Assembly (NCBI GenBank): GCA_965116885.1
Contig: OZ220741.1
Span: 4,384,001 to 4,448,000 of the forward strand
Direction: 5' to 3'
Length of the DNA stretch: 64,000 bases
Source: Candidatus Latescibacterota bacterium
GTDB taxonomy: Bacteria; Latescibacterota; UBA2968
The notes below the pieces were generated by a model, which saw nothing but the letters and a program-made list of their open reading frames with translations, was not told the DNA's origin and did not search any database. Position 1 is the first letter of the stretch. The number at the start of each line of letters is the position of its first letter. Below are positions 1 to 9,604 of the stretch, piece after piece. The translations under genes were made by a program, and so were the position numbers.

Positions 1-373
1 ACTGATTCCACAATAGACCTTCAAAGGCATTGGACTCCCGGTTGACCAGCGCAATCGTCACATAATACAGCAGATATATTTCCTGTCGCTTGAGTACAGT
101 AAACGAGCGCTTTGCCAATTCGATGAACAAAATAATCGTGACCCACTGCGCCGCCGCGCCAATTGAGCCGCCGATCATCAGTTCCAGATAAATATTGCCG
201 GGCACCATCACAATCGACACAAATAATGCACCCACAATGGTCTTTGCGTTAAAGCCATCGGCAAATTCGTCGGGTGTTTGGAGCAGATCGCGATACTCTT
301 CGATCTCTTCAAACTGCGTATTTTTTCTTTTTGGTTTGTCTTTGTTGCGTCTTAAAAGATTGCCTAAAGCCAT
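1..373 (-). CDS. Partial (runs off window) polytopic membrane protein, OPT/peptide-transporter-like
   Basis: Manual translation from ATG at 373: MALGNLLRRNKDKPKRKNTQFEEIEEYRDLLQTPDEFADGFNAKTIVGALFVSIVMVPGNIYLELMIGGSIGAAAQWVTIILFIELAKRSF..., open to the window edge, directly downstream of 395..4912; absent from the ORF track. Confidence 0.75.
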   Translation of the reverse strand, partial: MALGNLLRRNKDKPKRKNTQFEEIEEYRDLLQTPDEFADGFNAKTIVGALFVSIVMVPGNIYLELMIGGSIGAAAQWVTIILFIELAKRSFTVLKRQEIYLLYYVTIALVNRESNAFEGLLWNQ

Positions 374-394
374 AGATTGTCCCGTGTATAGATA

Positions 395-3300
395 CTACGC
401 ATTGACCACTGCTGTGGGTGCTGCCAGCAACTCTCGCCCTTTTTCCGTGTATTTGGCGCGATTCGTTGGATCAACTGTTCGCCAGATCAAAAACTGTTTG
501 CGAAGCGCGTTCATAAAGCCCTGATTGCCCCGCCGCCACGAAGCCACATCACCAGAAAGTCGATCTATTGTTAGCGTCATCGCAAAAATATTGTGCTCAC
601 CTATTGGCACGGCTTCAAAATGTACCTGTTGACTCACACCCAAATCATAAGGCGCTAACCAGATTGTCGTATCAATCGTATAGCCCGACCCGGTTTCTGC
701 TTCAACAGAACCAAACCGCGCACCATCTGTATAAAACGCGCCCATGGACTCGCCCATGTGCGACTCGAAATAATCCACCAGAAATACCGACAGCCCAAAC
801 ACGTCTTTACCACCTACGGTAAATGGAAACTCAAAATGCCAGTGATCGCCTTCCGGATCGGGCAACCTCCAGCGGCGCGTCACATCGGGCACAGCCATAA
901 GTGCCGCCTGACGCGCGGGATAGAGCGACGAAATCAAAACCACGACCATCACCAGAGCTGAAGAAATAACCGTTGACAATGCCGAGTAATTCACATTAAG
1001 CCCTTGCAACCACCCCTGCCACAACAAAACTTTGATCACTCCTTGACCGAGCAAATACCCCGATACAGTACCCAATACAGCGTAAACGCACGCTTCGGCA
1101 ATAAACAAAAAAGAGATGTGTACAGGTGCCAACCCCACGGCAGAATAAATACCAATCTCGCGGAAGCGCTCGTACACCGACCCCATCATCGTATTCAGCA
1201 CAATTAGTGCAGCCACCAGAATGGGAACAAACAAATTGGCAAGGCCGGGCAATGGCCCCCATCCCAGCGAACTGTAAATTGACACCTCGATTTTGCCGTC
1301 TTCCCCTGGAATACCCGCGTACACAACCACCGACAACCGCGACACGTATTCTTTGACCTGTTCTTCGACATTTACATCTTCGTGCAAACGAATTGCCACA
1401 GATTGCAGTGGACTGCCCACTTCGCGCAATATCTTATAGGGAATAATGGCAATATCGTCCGGATCTATATGCTCGAATGGCATGTTCTCGAGCTGAGGCT
1501 GTTCCAGACCCTGTTTTTCGCGACTCTCCCGCTGAGTCATCTGAGAGATAATTTCATCATCCGTCAGCTTAAAATCTGCCGGACTCAATATCTCGCCATC
1601 CAGGTCCTTGAGATCGCGCATTTTTTCCGCATCGATCAAACCCACGACTTTCAACTGTTTGCCAAATAAGCGCACGCTCTTTTTGCCAACATCCCCTGGC
1701 TCTACCTCGAGCAATCCGGCTATTTTGCCAGGCAAAATACACGCGATCTCACCCTCTTCAAACCACCGTCCATGGCTCAACAAAGTATCGATGCTCGTGA
1801 CTGCAGGCTCATTGACCGATAGTCCCACTATCCCCAGCACTTTGGTCGATTTTTCAGGCGTTTCAATAGGCGTCTTTTTCAGGTCCCGCGTAACATACCA
1901 ACTGCGCGGCGCGATCTCACCCTGATCAAAAAAATTGATGCGGGCATAATCATAAGCCGTATCCTCCAGCGGCCCCCAGAATTGGCTGCGGATCAACAGC
2001 CCCGGATACTTGCCTTCGGTATCATCCAGCGGAAGTTGATGAAAATCGAGCGTCGTCTTAATCGACGTAAAGGACAACACCGTAAATGTCAATAAGACCA
2101 GCGTTGCAAATGTCAGGCTGGTGCGCATTTTGCGCTTTTTCATATTCGCAATACCCAACTGAAATGCTGCCACTGAAGCACTTATACGCCCCACATCCGT
2201 ATCGTGCAACAACACCTCTTCTGTGCGCAATTGACGGATATTGTCGTGAAACCGCCCCGACACAATGGAAATCACAAAAACCGCCAGTGCCAGAATCACA
2301 AAAGCCAGCAAAATCACAAATGGATTGGAGAGATCAAAAGCGGGATGCACCTGCGCGAGAACGGTCCAGATCACCACAAAAACCACGCTAAAACCGCCGA
2401 TTTGCACCCGGATATCGGAAAAGGTAAAAAGCAACCGCTCGACAAAAAACGCACACGGAATAACCAGCAGCATAAAGAAAATCACGCCTCGAATTACATC
2501 GTTTTGCGTTGATTTTACGTCTGGATAGGCGCGCGATTCGAGGCCCATGCCCGCGCGCGTGTGTTTGACAAACAAATCCCATTTCCTATCTTTCATCGCT
2601 TCTTCGGCCAAATCCAGATGGTATTTGGCCTGATCGTGCAAATTGGTCATCCGCTGATTCTCAATCGAATACTTCGCCAATTCGCGCATCCGCGCCTCGT
2701 TCAGTGTCCACATATCTTTTGCGGCCTGAAACGAAGAGCGAATAAACGCCCCCCCGTGTTGCAAAATCTGAAACCCATCGCCGCGCGCGACTTCCACACT
2801 TTCCGCGCTCTTTGAGTTCAACAACAAATAGCGCACGCCGATCTCTCGCTCCCGCATCACAATTTTGATTCGTTCGCCCGGCGTTGTAAAAATGGTTCCC
2901 ACCGGTTCTTCTGGACCAAAACCAATGGCATAGCCGTATTCCTGTGGCGCAGTATTGCCGGGACCGAGCACACTGATGCTCGACAACTTGGTGAGATAAC
3001 GGGGATCTACTGTATCGTAAAAATCCGTTGCAACACACGGGAACAAAATCCGCGTGCGCTTGGATATCCACCAGTCCATATTAAACTCGCCCCGGTATAT
3101 GCGCGCCTGGCGGCCGTGATTGGGTGCGTATGTGATCTCGCCGCTTTCTGGATCCATATAAAAAGCCTTCACATCCACACGGCGTTCGGCAATGCCCGGC
3201 ATGTAAAATTCGCCATTTTCATCGGCAATATCGTAATAGACGCGGCGCACGCCTTTAATCGATTTGTCATTGCCCATTCGCAGCGAAGCCACAGCACCGG

Positions 3301-4912
3301 GACGGGGGCGATCAGGTGTAATGCTCAGTCGGGGAAATGTGCGCACAAAACCCTGCAACCCGCGCATGCGATCGTCGGGATCCAGCTTGTAATCGGGCAA
3401 AAAATCTTCGGAATTTAACCCGAGGTCAAGCACGCCGGCAAGCAGGCGTATCTGCCCGGTGAGATTTTTGAAATTCACATGTTCGGGTTTATCCAGCGGA
3501 GTATCTACTCTAAAACGCGCATCGTTGACCGTAATGAGCGATAGCGCTGGCGTGCCAGCTTCCAAAACGACCTCACCATCTGTCTTCAGGACTTTTCCCG
3601 GAATATACATATCCCAGTTCATGCCGCCTTTGGGATTGATTCCATCGATGAGGGCATCGGCGGGGTCCAGGTCAAAGCGCTCGGCTATCGCCTCTGAATA
3701 ATGCACAAGCGATTTGCCAAATGGTGTAAAGAAACGCTTGTAATAATAATTGCGCGTGCTGTTCCAAACCCCGATTTCATCTGTCTGACTCGTCAAATCC
3801 AGAGAAATGAACAGCGGCAATTCGAGAGGTTCAGTCATCAATGCGGCAAAATGCTTTTCTTTCCGCGAATGCCTGCTCAAAAAATCGCAAATACCTCTAA
3901 AGCCGAGATGATGCCCAGAAGATGCGAGAAACAAAAGCGTGTGTTTGGGCGGGTACTTGCTGAAATATTCGGCCAACTTCATCAGGCCCACAATCCCACC
4001 TGCCATCTCAGCGCCTGGCGCGAGTGCTGGTACTACAGACATCGCATCGTAATACGTATTGATCACCACGATTTTTTCGCTCAATACGGGATCGATTCCG
4101 CGAATCCAGCCCAAAATATTCCGGGTCTCTTTCTTTTCCCAATCCATTCGCGCCTTCAAAGTGACATTGACCTCATCCTTTTGCGCAATCAATTCCTTCA
4201 GCTTTTCGCCACTTGCCTTATCGATCCAAAAACGCTCAACACTATTGGGCACCTGCAAAAATTTGGTCTCTGCCTGCGCGGTAAACGTGGAATCGGGTTC
4301 GATAAACACAATCTGCTGTGCGCCGAGCATGGCGGCATTGAGCCAGTTGTTCCACGAATTAAATTCCATCAACACCACCGCGCCCTCTATATCGCGCCCA
4401 TTAAATTCCGACACATCGCCAGTGCCTCCCCACAAGAGATGCCCCCGCACGCCACCTGCGGGCAAGGTGGTCGTCTTGACCAGATTGGGCCACAAACCGT
4501 GAATGGTAAAAACCTCGCCTGTATCTTCCACCATTAAGCTGCCGCCCTGGTCTATGGGCACGGCCACGCCATACGTCTCGGATTCTACGTCTTCCATGCC
4601 AAAACGCCGAAACTCAGATTCTATAAAATCCGCGGCTTTTTCATGGCCGGAATAACCCACTACGCGTGAATCGTAGCGCACAAACTGATCCATCAACGCG
4701 CGAATCCCATCTTCGCGCACGGCATCCAAAACCCGTGTACCCACTTCTTCTGCACGAGGAACGGGTACGGGCGGAACCTCGCCGGGCACTTCCAATCCCA
4801 ATAGAGCAGCTATACGGGGATTTACGCGATAGGGACCGGCAATCAGGAGTGCCGTAACAAAAACCCCCAGGACGATAAGGCTCCATGTGATGTGCTTATA
4901 ATATTTATCCAT
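395..4912 (-). CDS. M28-peptidase-like (PA + M28 fold) / FtsX-MacB-type permease fusion membrane protein
   Basis: N-terminal TM; M28-like segments (SRVVGYSGHEKAADFI, RNILGWIRG, LLFLASSGHHLG); C-terminal FtsX-type permease motif (NTMMGSVYERFREIGIYSAVGL...FIAEA) with multiple TMs. Confidence 0.8.
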   Translation of the reverse strand: MDKYYKHITWSLIVLGVFVTALLIAGPYRVNPRIAALLGLEVPGEVPPVPVPRAEEVGTRVLDAVREDGIRALMDQFVRYDSRVVGYSGHEKAADFIESEFRRFGMEDVESETYGVAVPIDQGGSLMVEDTGEVFTIHGLWPNLVKTTTLPAGGVRGHLLWGGTGDVSEFNGRDIEGAVVLMEFNSWNNWLNAAMLGAQQIVFIEPDSTFTAQAETKFLQVPNSVERFWIDKASGEKLKELIAQKDEVNVTLKARMDWEKKETRNILGWIRGIDPVLSEKIVVINTYYDAMSVVPALAPGAEMAGGIVGLMKLAEYFSKYPPKHTLLFLASSGHHLGFRGICDFLSRHSRKEKHFAALMTEPLELPLFISLDLTSQTDEIGVWNSTRNYYYKRFFTPFGKSLVHYSEAIAERFDLDPADALIDGINPKGGMNWDMYIPGKVLKTDGEVVLEAGTPALSLITVNDARFRVDTPLDKPEHVNFKNLTGQIRLLAGVLDLGLNSEDFLPDYKLDPDDRMRGLQGFVRTFPRLSITPDRPRPGAVASLRMGNDKSIKGVRRVYYDIADENGEFYMPGIAERRVDVKAFYMDPESGEITYAPNHGRQARIYRGEFNMDWWISKRTRILFPCVATDFYDTVDPRYLTKLSSISVLGPGNTAPQEYGYAIGFGPEEPVGTIFTTPGERIKIVMREREIGVRYLLLNSKSAESVEVARGDGFQILQHGGAFIRSSFQAAKDMWTLNEARMRELAKYSIENQRMTNLHDQAKYHLDLAEEAMKDRKWDLFVKHTRAGMGLESRAYPDVKSTQNDVIRGVIFFMLLVIPCAFFVERLLFTFSDIRVQIGGFSVVFVVIWTVLAQVHPAFDLSNPFVILLAFVILALAVFVISIVSGRFHDNIRQLRTEEVLLHDTDVGRISASVAAFQLGIANMKKRKMRTSLTFATLVLLTFTVLSFTSIKTTLDFHQLPLDDTEGKYPGLLIRSQFWGPLEDTAYDYARINFFDQGEIAPRSWYVTRDLKKTPIETPEKSTKVLGIVGLSVNEPAVTSIDTLLSHGRWFEEGEIACILPGKIAGLLEVEPGDVGKKSVRLFGKQLKVVGLIDAEKMRDLKDLDGEILSPADFKLTDDEIISQMTQRESREKQGLEQPQLENMPFEHIDPDDIAIIPYKILREVGSPLQSVAIRLHEDVNVEEQVKEYVSRLSVVVYAGIPGEDGKIEVSIYSSLGWGPLPGLANLFVPILVAALIVLNTMMGSVYERFREIGIYSAVGLAPVHISFLFIAEACVYAVLGTVSGYLLGQGVIKVLLWQGWLQGLNVNYSALSTVISSALVMVVVLISSLYPARQAALMAVPDVTRRWRLPDPEGDHWHFEFPFTVGGKDVFGLSVFLVDYFESHMGESMGAFYTDGARFGSVEAETGSGYTIDTTIWLAPYDLGVSQQVHFEAVPIGEHNIFAMTLTIDRLSGDVASWRRGNQGFMNALRKQFLIWRTVDPTNRAKYTEKGRELLAAPTAVVNA

Positions 4913-6896
4913 AGCGATGTACCCAATGTCCGCGTTCAGGGAACCAGATCATGTCGATACCCAATGACAAAGCCACGCCGAGAATATATCCGACGAGCAA
5001 ACCGATGAACAGGGGTCTCGATTTGCGATAAACCGTTGGCCCGCCTACTTTTATGATTACAAACTTAATCAACCAAGCCAGAAAAGTTGTAAAGCTGGTG
5101 CGTCGGGCCAGATAAGAACCCGAAATCGCCAACCCCACGGGATGCAGCGGCCACCACACAAAGCGATAGCGCATATAGATCAATCCAGCCATCAGAAGAC
5201 CGCCAATGCCCAAAAATACCGCTTGTTCGGGATGTTCCTCATAAAATGGCGGCTCGTCAGGTTTTTTGATCGCATCAACCGTGCTCTGAAAATGGCGTTC
5301 GGCTGCCCGCGTGATCTCCCAACTGTTGAAATTATAAGCCCCTTGATCGTAACCCAACCACACGGTAAACAACATATTAAACAGCAAGCTGACCATAAAT
5401 ACCAGTCCAAGCGCCCCCATCAACCGCCGCCGCTGATTGCCGGGAACACCCTCGGAAACACGCCCGGCATGGGAAAGCGCGGGCATAAACAAGCCCTTAA
5501 AATTCTCGTTAATCAGTGCGGAAAAGCGAAAAGAGACGAGGGTGGAAAGCGAGATATTGCGCCTTCCATAAAACGATGCGACCATACTCCATGACCCAAT
5601 GGGTTTGCTCGCAAATGGCATGCCGGTATCGGCGAGGATCTTCGCCATACCCGTATAGACAAAAATCGCTGCCAGAATATATAAAAATCCTTTAAACGGA
5701 TCGAAATTCATCTGCGTCAGCCAGATAAACAAATACGCTATGCTGCACAGCAAACCGATACAAGCGGCGCGATAGGACATCAATTCCTGGGAGTCATCCA
5801 CTGTGGGATCCCTCCCGAGAGCCTTCATCAACACATCGCGCAAATGTTTTCTCGCTACCCAGAATGTCGAACCCACAAAAACGACAAAGGCTCCAAAAGT
5901 CTGCCAGTAATACACTCCCGTGCGATAATAAGGCGTGGTGGCTTTATAGCCCCACTTAGTGAGCTGGCCACCTTCAAAGATGAACACCAGATCAAAAAAC
6001 CAGATTGAAAACAGAACATCCAGGCTGGCAAAATAAGAAAAAAGAATGGTAAAAATGCCAAAGTATCCCCTGATAGGCGGCAATTGGCGATCTATCCAGT
6101 ACCAGCGCGACCGATAAATGGGAAAACGCGGAAAGCCCGGCAAAAAGTAATTGATACAATTCCAGGCCAGCACGCCAAACGCAATGGCAAATCCGATCCA
6201 GAACAAGCGATTGCGCATAAACTCGGGCAACCACCCCTCACCATCACCCGGTTCAGAAGTCATATCGATCAACGGCGCCATTGCGGGAAAAACCAGGCGT
6301 TCGTTTTGCACCCATTGTTTTCTAAAAACAGTGGCCACACAGGCCAGCATTAAAAAAGCCGCCGCCACAACCGTCGTCCACCAAAACAGGGGCAATATCC
6401 ACACGCCCCAGGGGATAGTAGCACCACTCGGCAAGCCTTCGTAAAACCACGCAACGGCATTGCCCTCAGGGCTCGGCAAGAGCCAGTTGGGCAAATGCGG
6501 GTGCAAGTGCTCAGCCCACTGGTTTTCTTCCGTAGCAAAATAATAAGGTGCCGTGATATAGCCGATCAAATAACCCGTCATTCCAAAACACGGGAGTGCT
6601 GCCCCCACAAGACCCATCGCCAAAATTGCATGCCATTCGCCTTTTGAGAGCACCCAGCCGGTCATTTTGGCAACGATTGCGAGTCCGATCATCAAAATCA
6701 TCAAAATGATCAACATGGCCATTGGAATGTGGCTATACGTCATCAGCGAAGCGTGCAAGACATAGCGTACATACATAGCCAGCAGATCGAGGGCAATGAC
6801 GAGAAAAACGCCCAATCCCACAGCGCGCAATGTTACTGCAGGTTGTGAACTCGCATCATCTGTTTCCGTCTGAATATTTTGTATATCAAGAGCCAT
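4905..6896 (-). CDS. Polytopic membrane protein, OPT-like (DUF6785/DUF6784-type)
   Basis: Many TM helices; RKQWVQNERLVFP and WWPLHPVG motifs; overlaps the next gene by 8 nt. Confidence 0.7.
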   Translation of the reverse strand: MALDIQNIQTETDDASSQPAVTLRAVGLGVFLVIALDLLAMYVRYVLHASLMTYSHIPMAMLIILMILMIGLAIVAKMTGWVLSKGEWHAILAMGLVGAALPCFGMTGYLIGYITAPYYFATEENQWAEHLHPHLPNWLLPSPEGNAVAWFYEGLPSGATIPWGVWILPLFWWTTVVAAAFLMLACVATVFRKQWVQNERLVFPAMAPLIDMTSEPGDGEGWLPEFMRNRLFWIGFAIAFGVLAWNCINYFLPGFPRFPIYRSRWYWIDRQLPPIRGYFGIFTILFSYFASLDVLFSIWFFDLVFIFEGGQLTKWGYKATTPYYRTGVYYWQTFGAFVVFVGSTFWVARKHLRDVLMKALGRDPTVDDSQELMSYRAACIGLLCSIAYLFIWLTQMNFDPFKGFLYILAAIFVYTGMAKILADTGMPFASKPIGSWSMVASFYGRRNISLSTLVSFRFSALINENFKGLFMPALSHAGRVSEGVPGNQRRRLMGALGLVFMVSLLFNMLFTVWLGYDQGAYNFNSWEITRAAERHFQSTVDAIKKPDEPPFYEEHPEQAVFLGIGGLLMAGLIYMRYRFVWWPLHPVGLAISGSYLARRTSFTTFLAWLIKFVIIKVGGPTVYRKSRPLFIGLLVGYILGVALSLGIDMIWFPERGHWVHRYG

Positions 6897-7056
6897 CGGT
6901 ATGATTTTCGTGATACAAGGTAAAATCCCTTAAAAAATGTGCGGGGATAATTAACCCTTGCCCCTTGCATTTGTCAAATGGTTTATCTGTTTATAATTGT
7001 AATCCTGCACATAGCGCAACATTGCTCCTGTTTACGAAAAAACGTAAGCAAGAACC

Positions 7057-7085
7057 TTGACACCAATCAGCCGTTTTGTTAAATT
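7057..7085 (+). promoter_or_regulatory. sigma70-type promoter for tRNA-Phe
   Basis: TTGACA-17 bp-TAAATT about 25 bp upstream of the tRNA. Confidence 0.7.
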
Positions 7086-7110
7086 TGGTCGTCTTATCGG
7101 GAAAGATGAT

Positions 7111-7183
<73 letters not shown>

Positions 7184-7240
7184 CCTTTTTTTGTTTGACC
7201 CTACACAGACGTAGATTTCCTTCTAAAAGTTCCAATAAGA

Positions 7241-7276
7241 AAAGGGTGTGAATACTGCAAGTTCACACCCCTTTTT
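7241..7276. terminator. Bidirectional intrinsic terminator
   Basis: GGGTGTGAA...TTCACACCC hairpin with an A-run before and a T-run after, between the convergent tRNA and FGE gene. Confidence 0.7.
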
Positions 7277-7292
7277 GTTTTTTAAAAAAAAC

Positions 7293-7357
7293 GGGCGACC
7301 ACAGGGGGTCGCCCCTACAAATAATATCATTGTAGGGGACGGCCCCTGTGCCGTCCC
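7293..7357. repeat. Pair of GTAG-type REP-like palindromes
   Basis: gggcgaccacagggggtcgcccctac and gtaggggacggcccctgtgccgtccc; related elements at about 50071-50098 and 51955-51981. Confidence 0.6.
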
Positions 7358-7374
7358 AGGTTGTTTTTTTAACG

Positions 7375-8166
7375 TTATAAACTCTGCGCCACCCGAAACC
7401 CCACATAAAGACTCCCGGCAAAGGTTCTGTGTTGGTCGCGAGCAGCCGAGCGAAGGAAATATCCTTCCAGATACCATGCACCACCGCGCACCACGCGCGA
7501 AGTAGAGTCGCCGACCTCCCACGCAGATCCGTCATCGGGTGCGCCCACATATCTATTATTATAACGATCCTGAGTCCATTCCCACACATTGCCGTGCATA
7601 TCGTGAAGGCCCCAGGCATTGGCCTCGAACGATCCCACAGGCGCTGACATCTCATTATCCCACTGACTGCCGCACCCATTGCAATTGGCGAGGTTTTGAC
7701 CGAGATTATTCCCCCAGCTATACCTCGTCACTGTTCCCGCACGCGCCGCATACTCCCACTCCGCCTCGCTCGGCAAACGATAGTTCTTCCCCGTCTGCTC
7801 CGATAACCACGCTGTGTACGCCACCGCATCGTCCCAGGTGATATTGATCACGGGACGCCGCCCCCGACCAAAACCCCGGTCATCTGCTCGCTCGCGCCCC
7901 GTCGCATCCGTGAAGAGATCGTATTCCTCAAATGTCACTTCGTACTTCGACAGCGCGAACGATGCAATCGTCACCTCATGCACCGGCCTCTCGCTATTAT
8001 TACAACTTCTCCCCGACACGCACCCCATCTTAAAATTTCCCGCGGGAATTACCACCATCTCCGGCGTTTTAAAAGAAGCCCCTTCCTCCTGTGAAACACG
8101 AGCAGATGCAACCGTGAAAAATCCCAATGCGATTACAGCGAAAACACTTTTGATTACTCTCTGCAT
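7375..8166 (-). CDS. Secreted FGE-sulfatase (formylglycine-generating enzyme/C-type lectin fold) domain protein
   Basis: RLPSEAEWEYAARAG, GLHDMHGNVWEW, RVVRGGAW...GFRV motifs; start revised to MQRVIK at 8166 (signal peptide ending FFTVASA). Confidence 0.9.
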   Translation of the reverse strand: MQRVIKSVFAVIALGFFTVASARVSQEEGASFKTPEMVVIPAGNFKMGCVSGRSCNNSERPVHEVTIASFALSKYEVTFEEYDLFTDATGRERADDRGFGRGRRPVINITWDDAVAYTAWLSEQTGKNYRLPSEAEWEYAARAGTVTRYSWGNNLGQNLANCNGCGSQWDNEMSAPVGSFEANAWGLHDMHGNVWEWTQDRYNNRYVGAPDDGSAWEVGDSTSRVVRGGAWYLEGYFLRSAARDQHRTFAGSLYVGFRVAQSL

Positions 8167-8410
8167 GATCTCTCTCCTGTCATTACCACCTGATAAATGC
8201 TCATAACAGAAAAAATAAGACAACTTCCTATGGATGAGAAACATATTTTTTACCTTCCGATAGTCACATTGACCAGGGCGCCAGGGCGGACGTACTTTCC
8301 CGCATTCAAAAAAAGACCTGTTACTTTGCACGTCCCATTTTCGGGATCAATTATGGGACTGATCCCGACGACGCGCCCGGGCAGCGCGCTTTCCGCCAGC
8401 GGGTTGTATA

Positions 8411-9604
8411 TCATAGTTGTTCTCCTGTCAGACGAATACGTAACACACCCCTGAATCGCACGTTTTTGCGTTTCAGGGCCTCGATCTCTTTCTGCTTTTC
8501 CGCCAGTTTTCTCTCTACTTGCTCCAGTTTCAGGTAATGCACGGGCGGATAAGCCATTTTTAAGTCCTCCAGTTTTTCATAGATCTCTTGCTTCTGCCTT
8601 AACAAATCTTTTATGCGCTCAGCGAGACCTCTTAAAATGGGCTGAAACCGCAAAATCTCCTTTTTTTGCGCAAATTTGAATTCAATCTCCCGGGTAGTGA
8701 AACTGACAGCACCGCCCAGACGTTCTTCCTCCCCAACTTCAAAAGAAGCATCTGCCTCGAGCAGGCCAGACACAAAACTGTTTGCGGGGATCCGCTCCAC
8801 CAGTTCCTGATAGGTCTCGCCTCTTAACTGAATCGTCTGTATTCTCACGGGACGATCCGTCTCCTCCACGCGCACCTTATCCGGCAAAATGGCACCGTGT
8901 TCTCCGCAGGTCAGAACTCGCCCATTGAAAAAGATCCAGAACCAAGCGGGCCTGGCATCGAGGATCAGGGCTTTTCCACTCACCTTCTCCCGCGTGTGTC
9001 GCCATTGTCCTTCAAAATTCAAATAGGTTTCTGTATTGGCTCTCCGATAATCTGAGTATGCGGCCGAAGGCGTCGCCATCAGGTATCTAAACGATCGCCA
9101 GATACCCCCCTTATGTGATACGGGCATGAACAATAGGAGCAGTATGACAACCACAGCCAATACAGTGCCCTCCCCCATGAGGGATCCCGTTTTGATTCTG
9201 TATCTCGCACTGCCAGGAAAAACGCAAACCGCGGGATGGGGATAAAACAGGGGCACGCCGCTTTTGGTCGTACTATCGGCGATCAGATGGCTCATATAGC
9301 CCAGGAGCACAGCCGCATAACATGCGGTTTCCCAGGCGAGTAAAGGCAGAGTGACAACCGATAGAGCGAGCATACAGAGCAGCGAATGCGTAATCGTGCG
9401 GTGCCCCCATCGCCGCTCAATCGGGATCGAAGCAAAGGGCATCGCCTTGCCAATAGAACTCCTCGGTGAATCCACATCTGGAAGCAGGCTCCCTATGATC
9501 GCGCATGCGACCGCGGGAAGATTGCGGTGAAAGGACATGGAAAAGAGCGAAAAGGAACTCGCCACCGTGAGCAACCCAAATGCAATGTGTGTAGGTGCAG
9601 TCAT
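8411..9604 (-). CDS. YdjM-like membrane metal-dependent hydrolase with C-terminal extension and coiled coil
   Basis: THIAFG, GSLLPDVD, GHRTITHS, SHLIAD..T..GVPLFYP motifs; ATGA overlap with the upstream recombinase gene. Confidence 0.85.
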   Translation of the reverse strand: MTAPTHIAFGLLTVASSFSLFSMSFHRNLPAVACAIIGSLLPDVDSPRSSIGKAMPFASIPIERRWGHRTITHSLLCMLALSVVTLPLLAWETACYAAVLLGYMSHLIADSTTKSGVPLFYPHPAVCVFPGSARYRIKTGSLMGEGTVLAVVVILLLLFMPVSHKGGIWRSFRYLMATPSAAYSDYRRANTETYLNFEGQWRHTREKVSGKALILDARPAWFWIFFNGRVLTCGEHGAILPDKVRVEETDRPVRIQTIQLRGETYQELVERIPANSFVSGLLEADASFEVGEEERLGGAVSFTTREIEFKFAQKKEILRFQPILRGLAERIKDLLRQKQEIYEKLEDLKMAYPPVHYLKLEQVERKLAEKQKEIEALKRKNVRFRGVLRIRLTGEQL

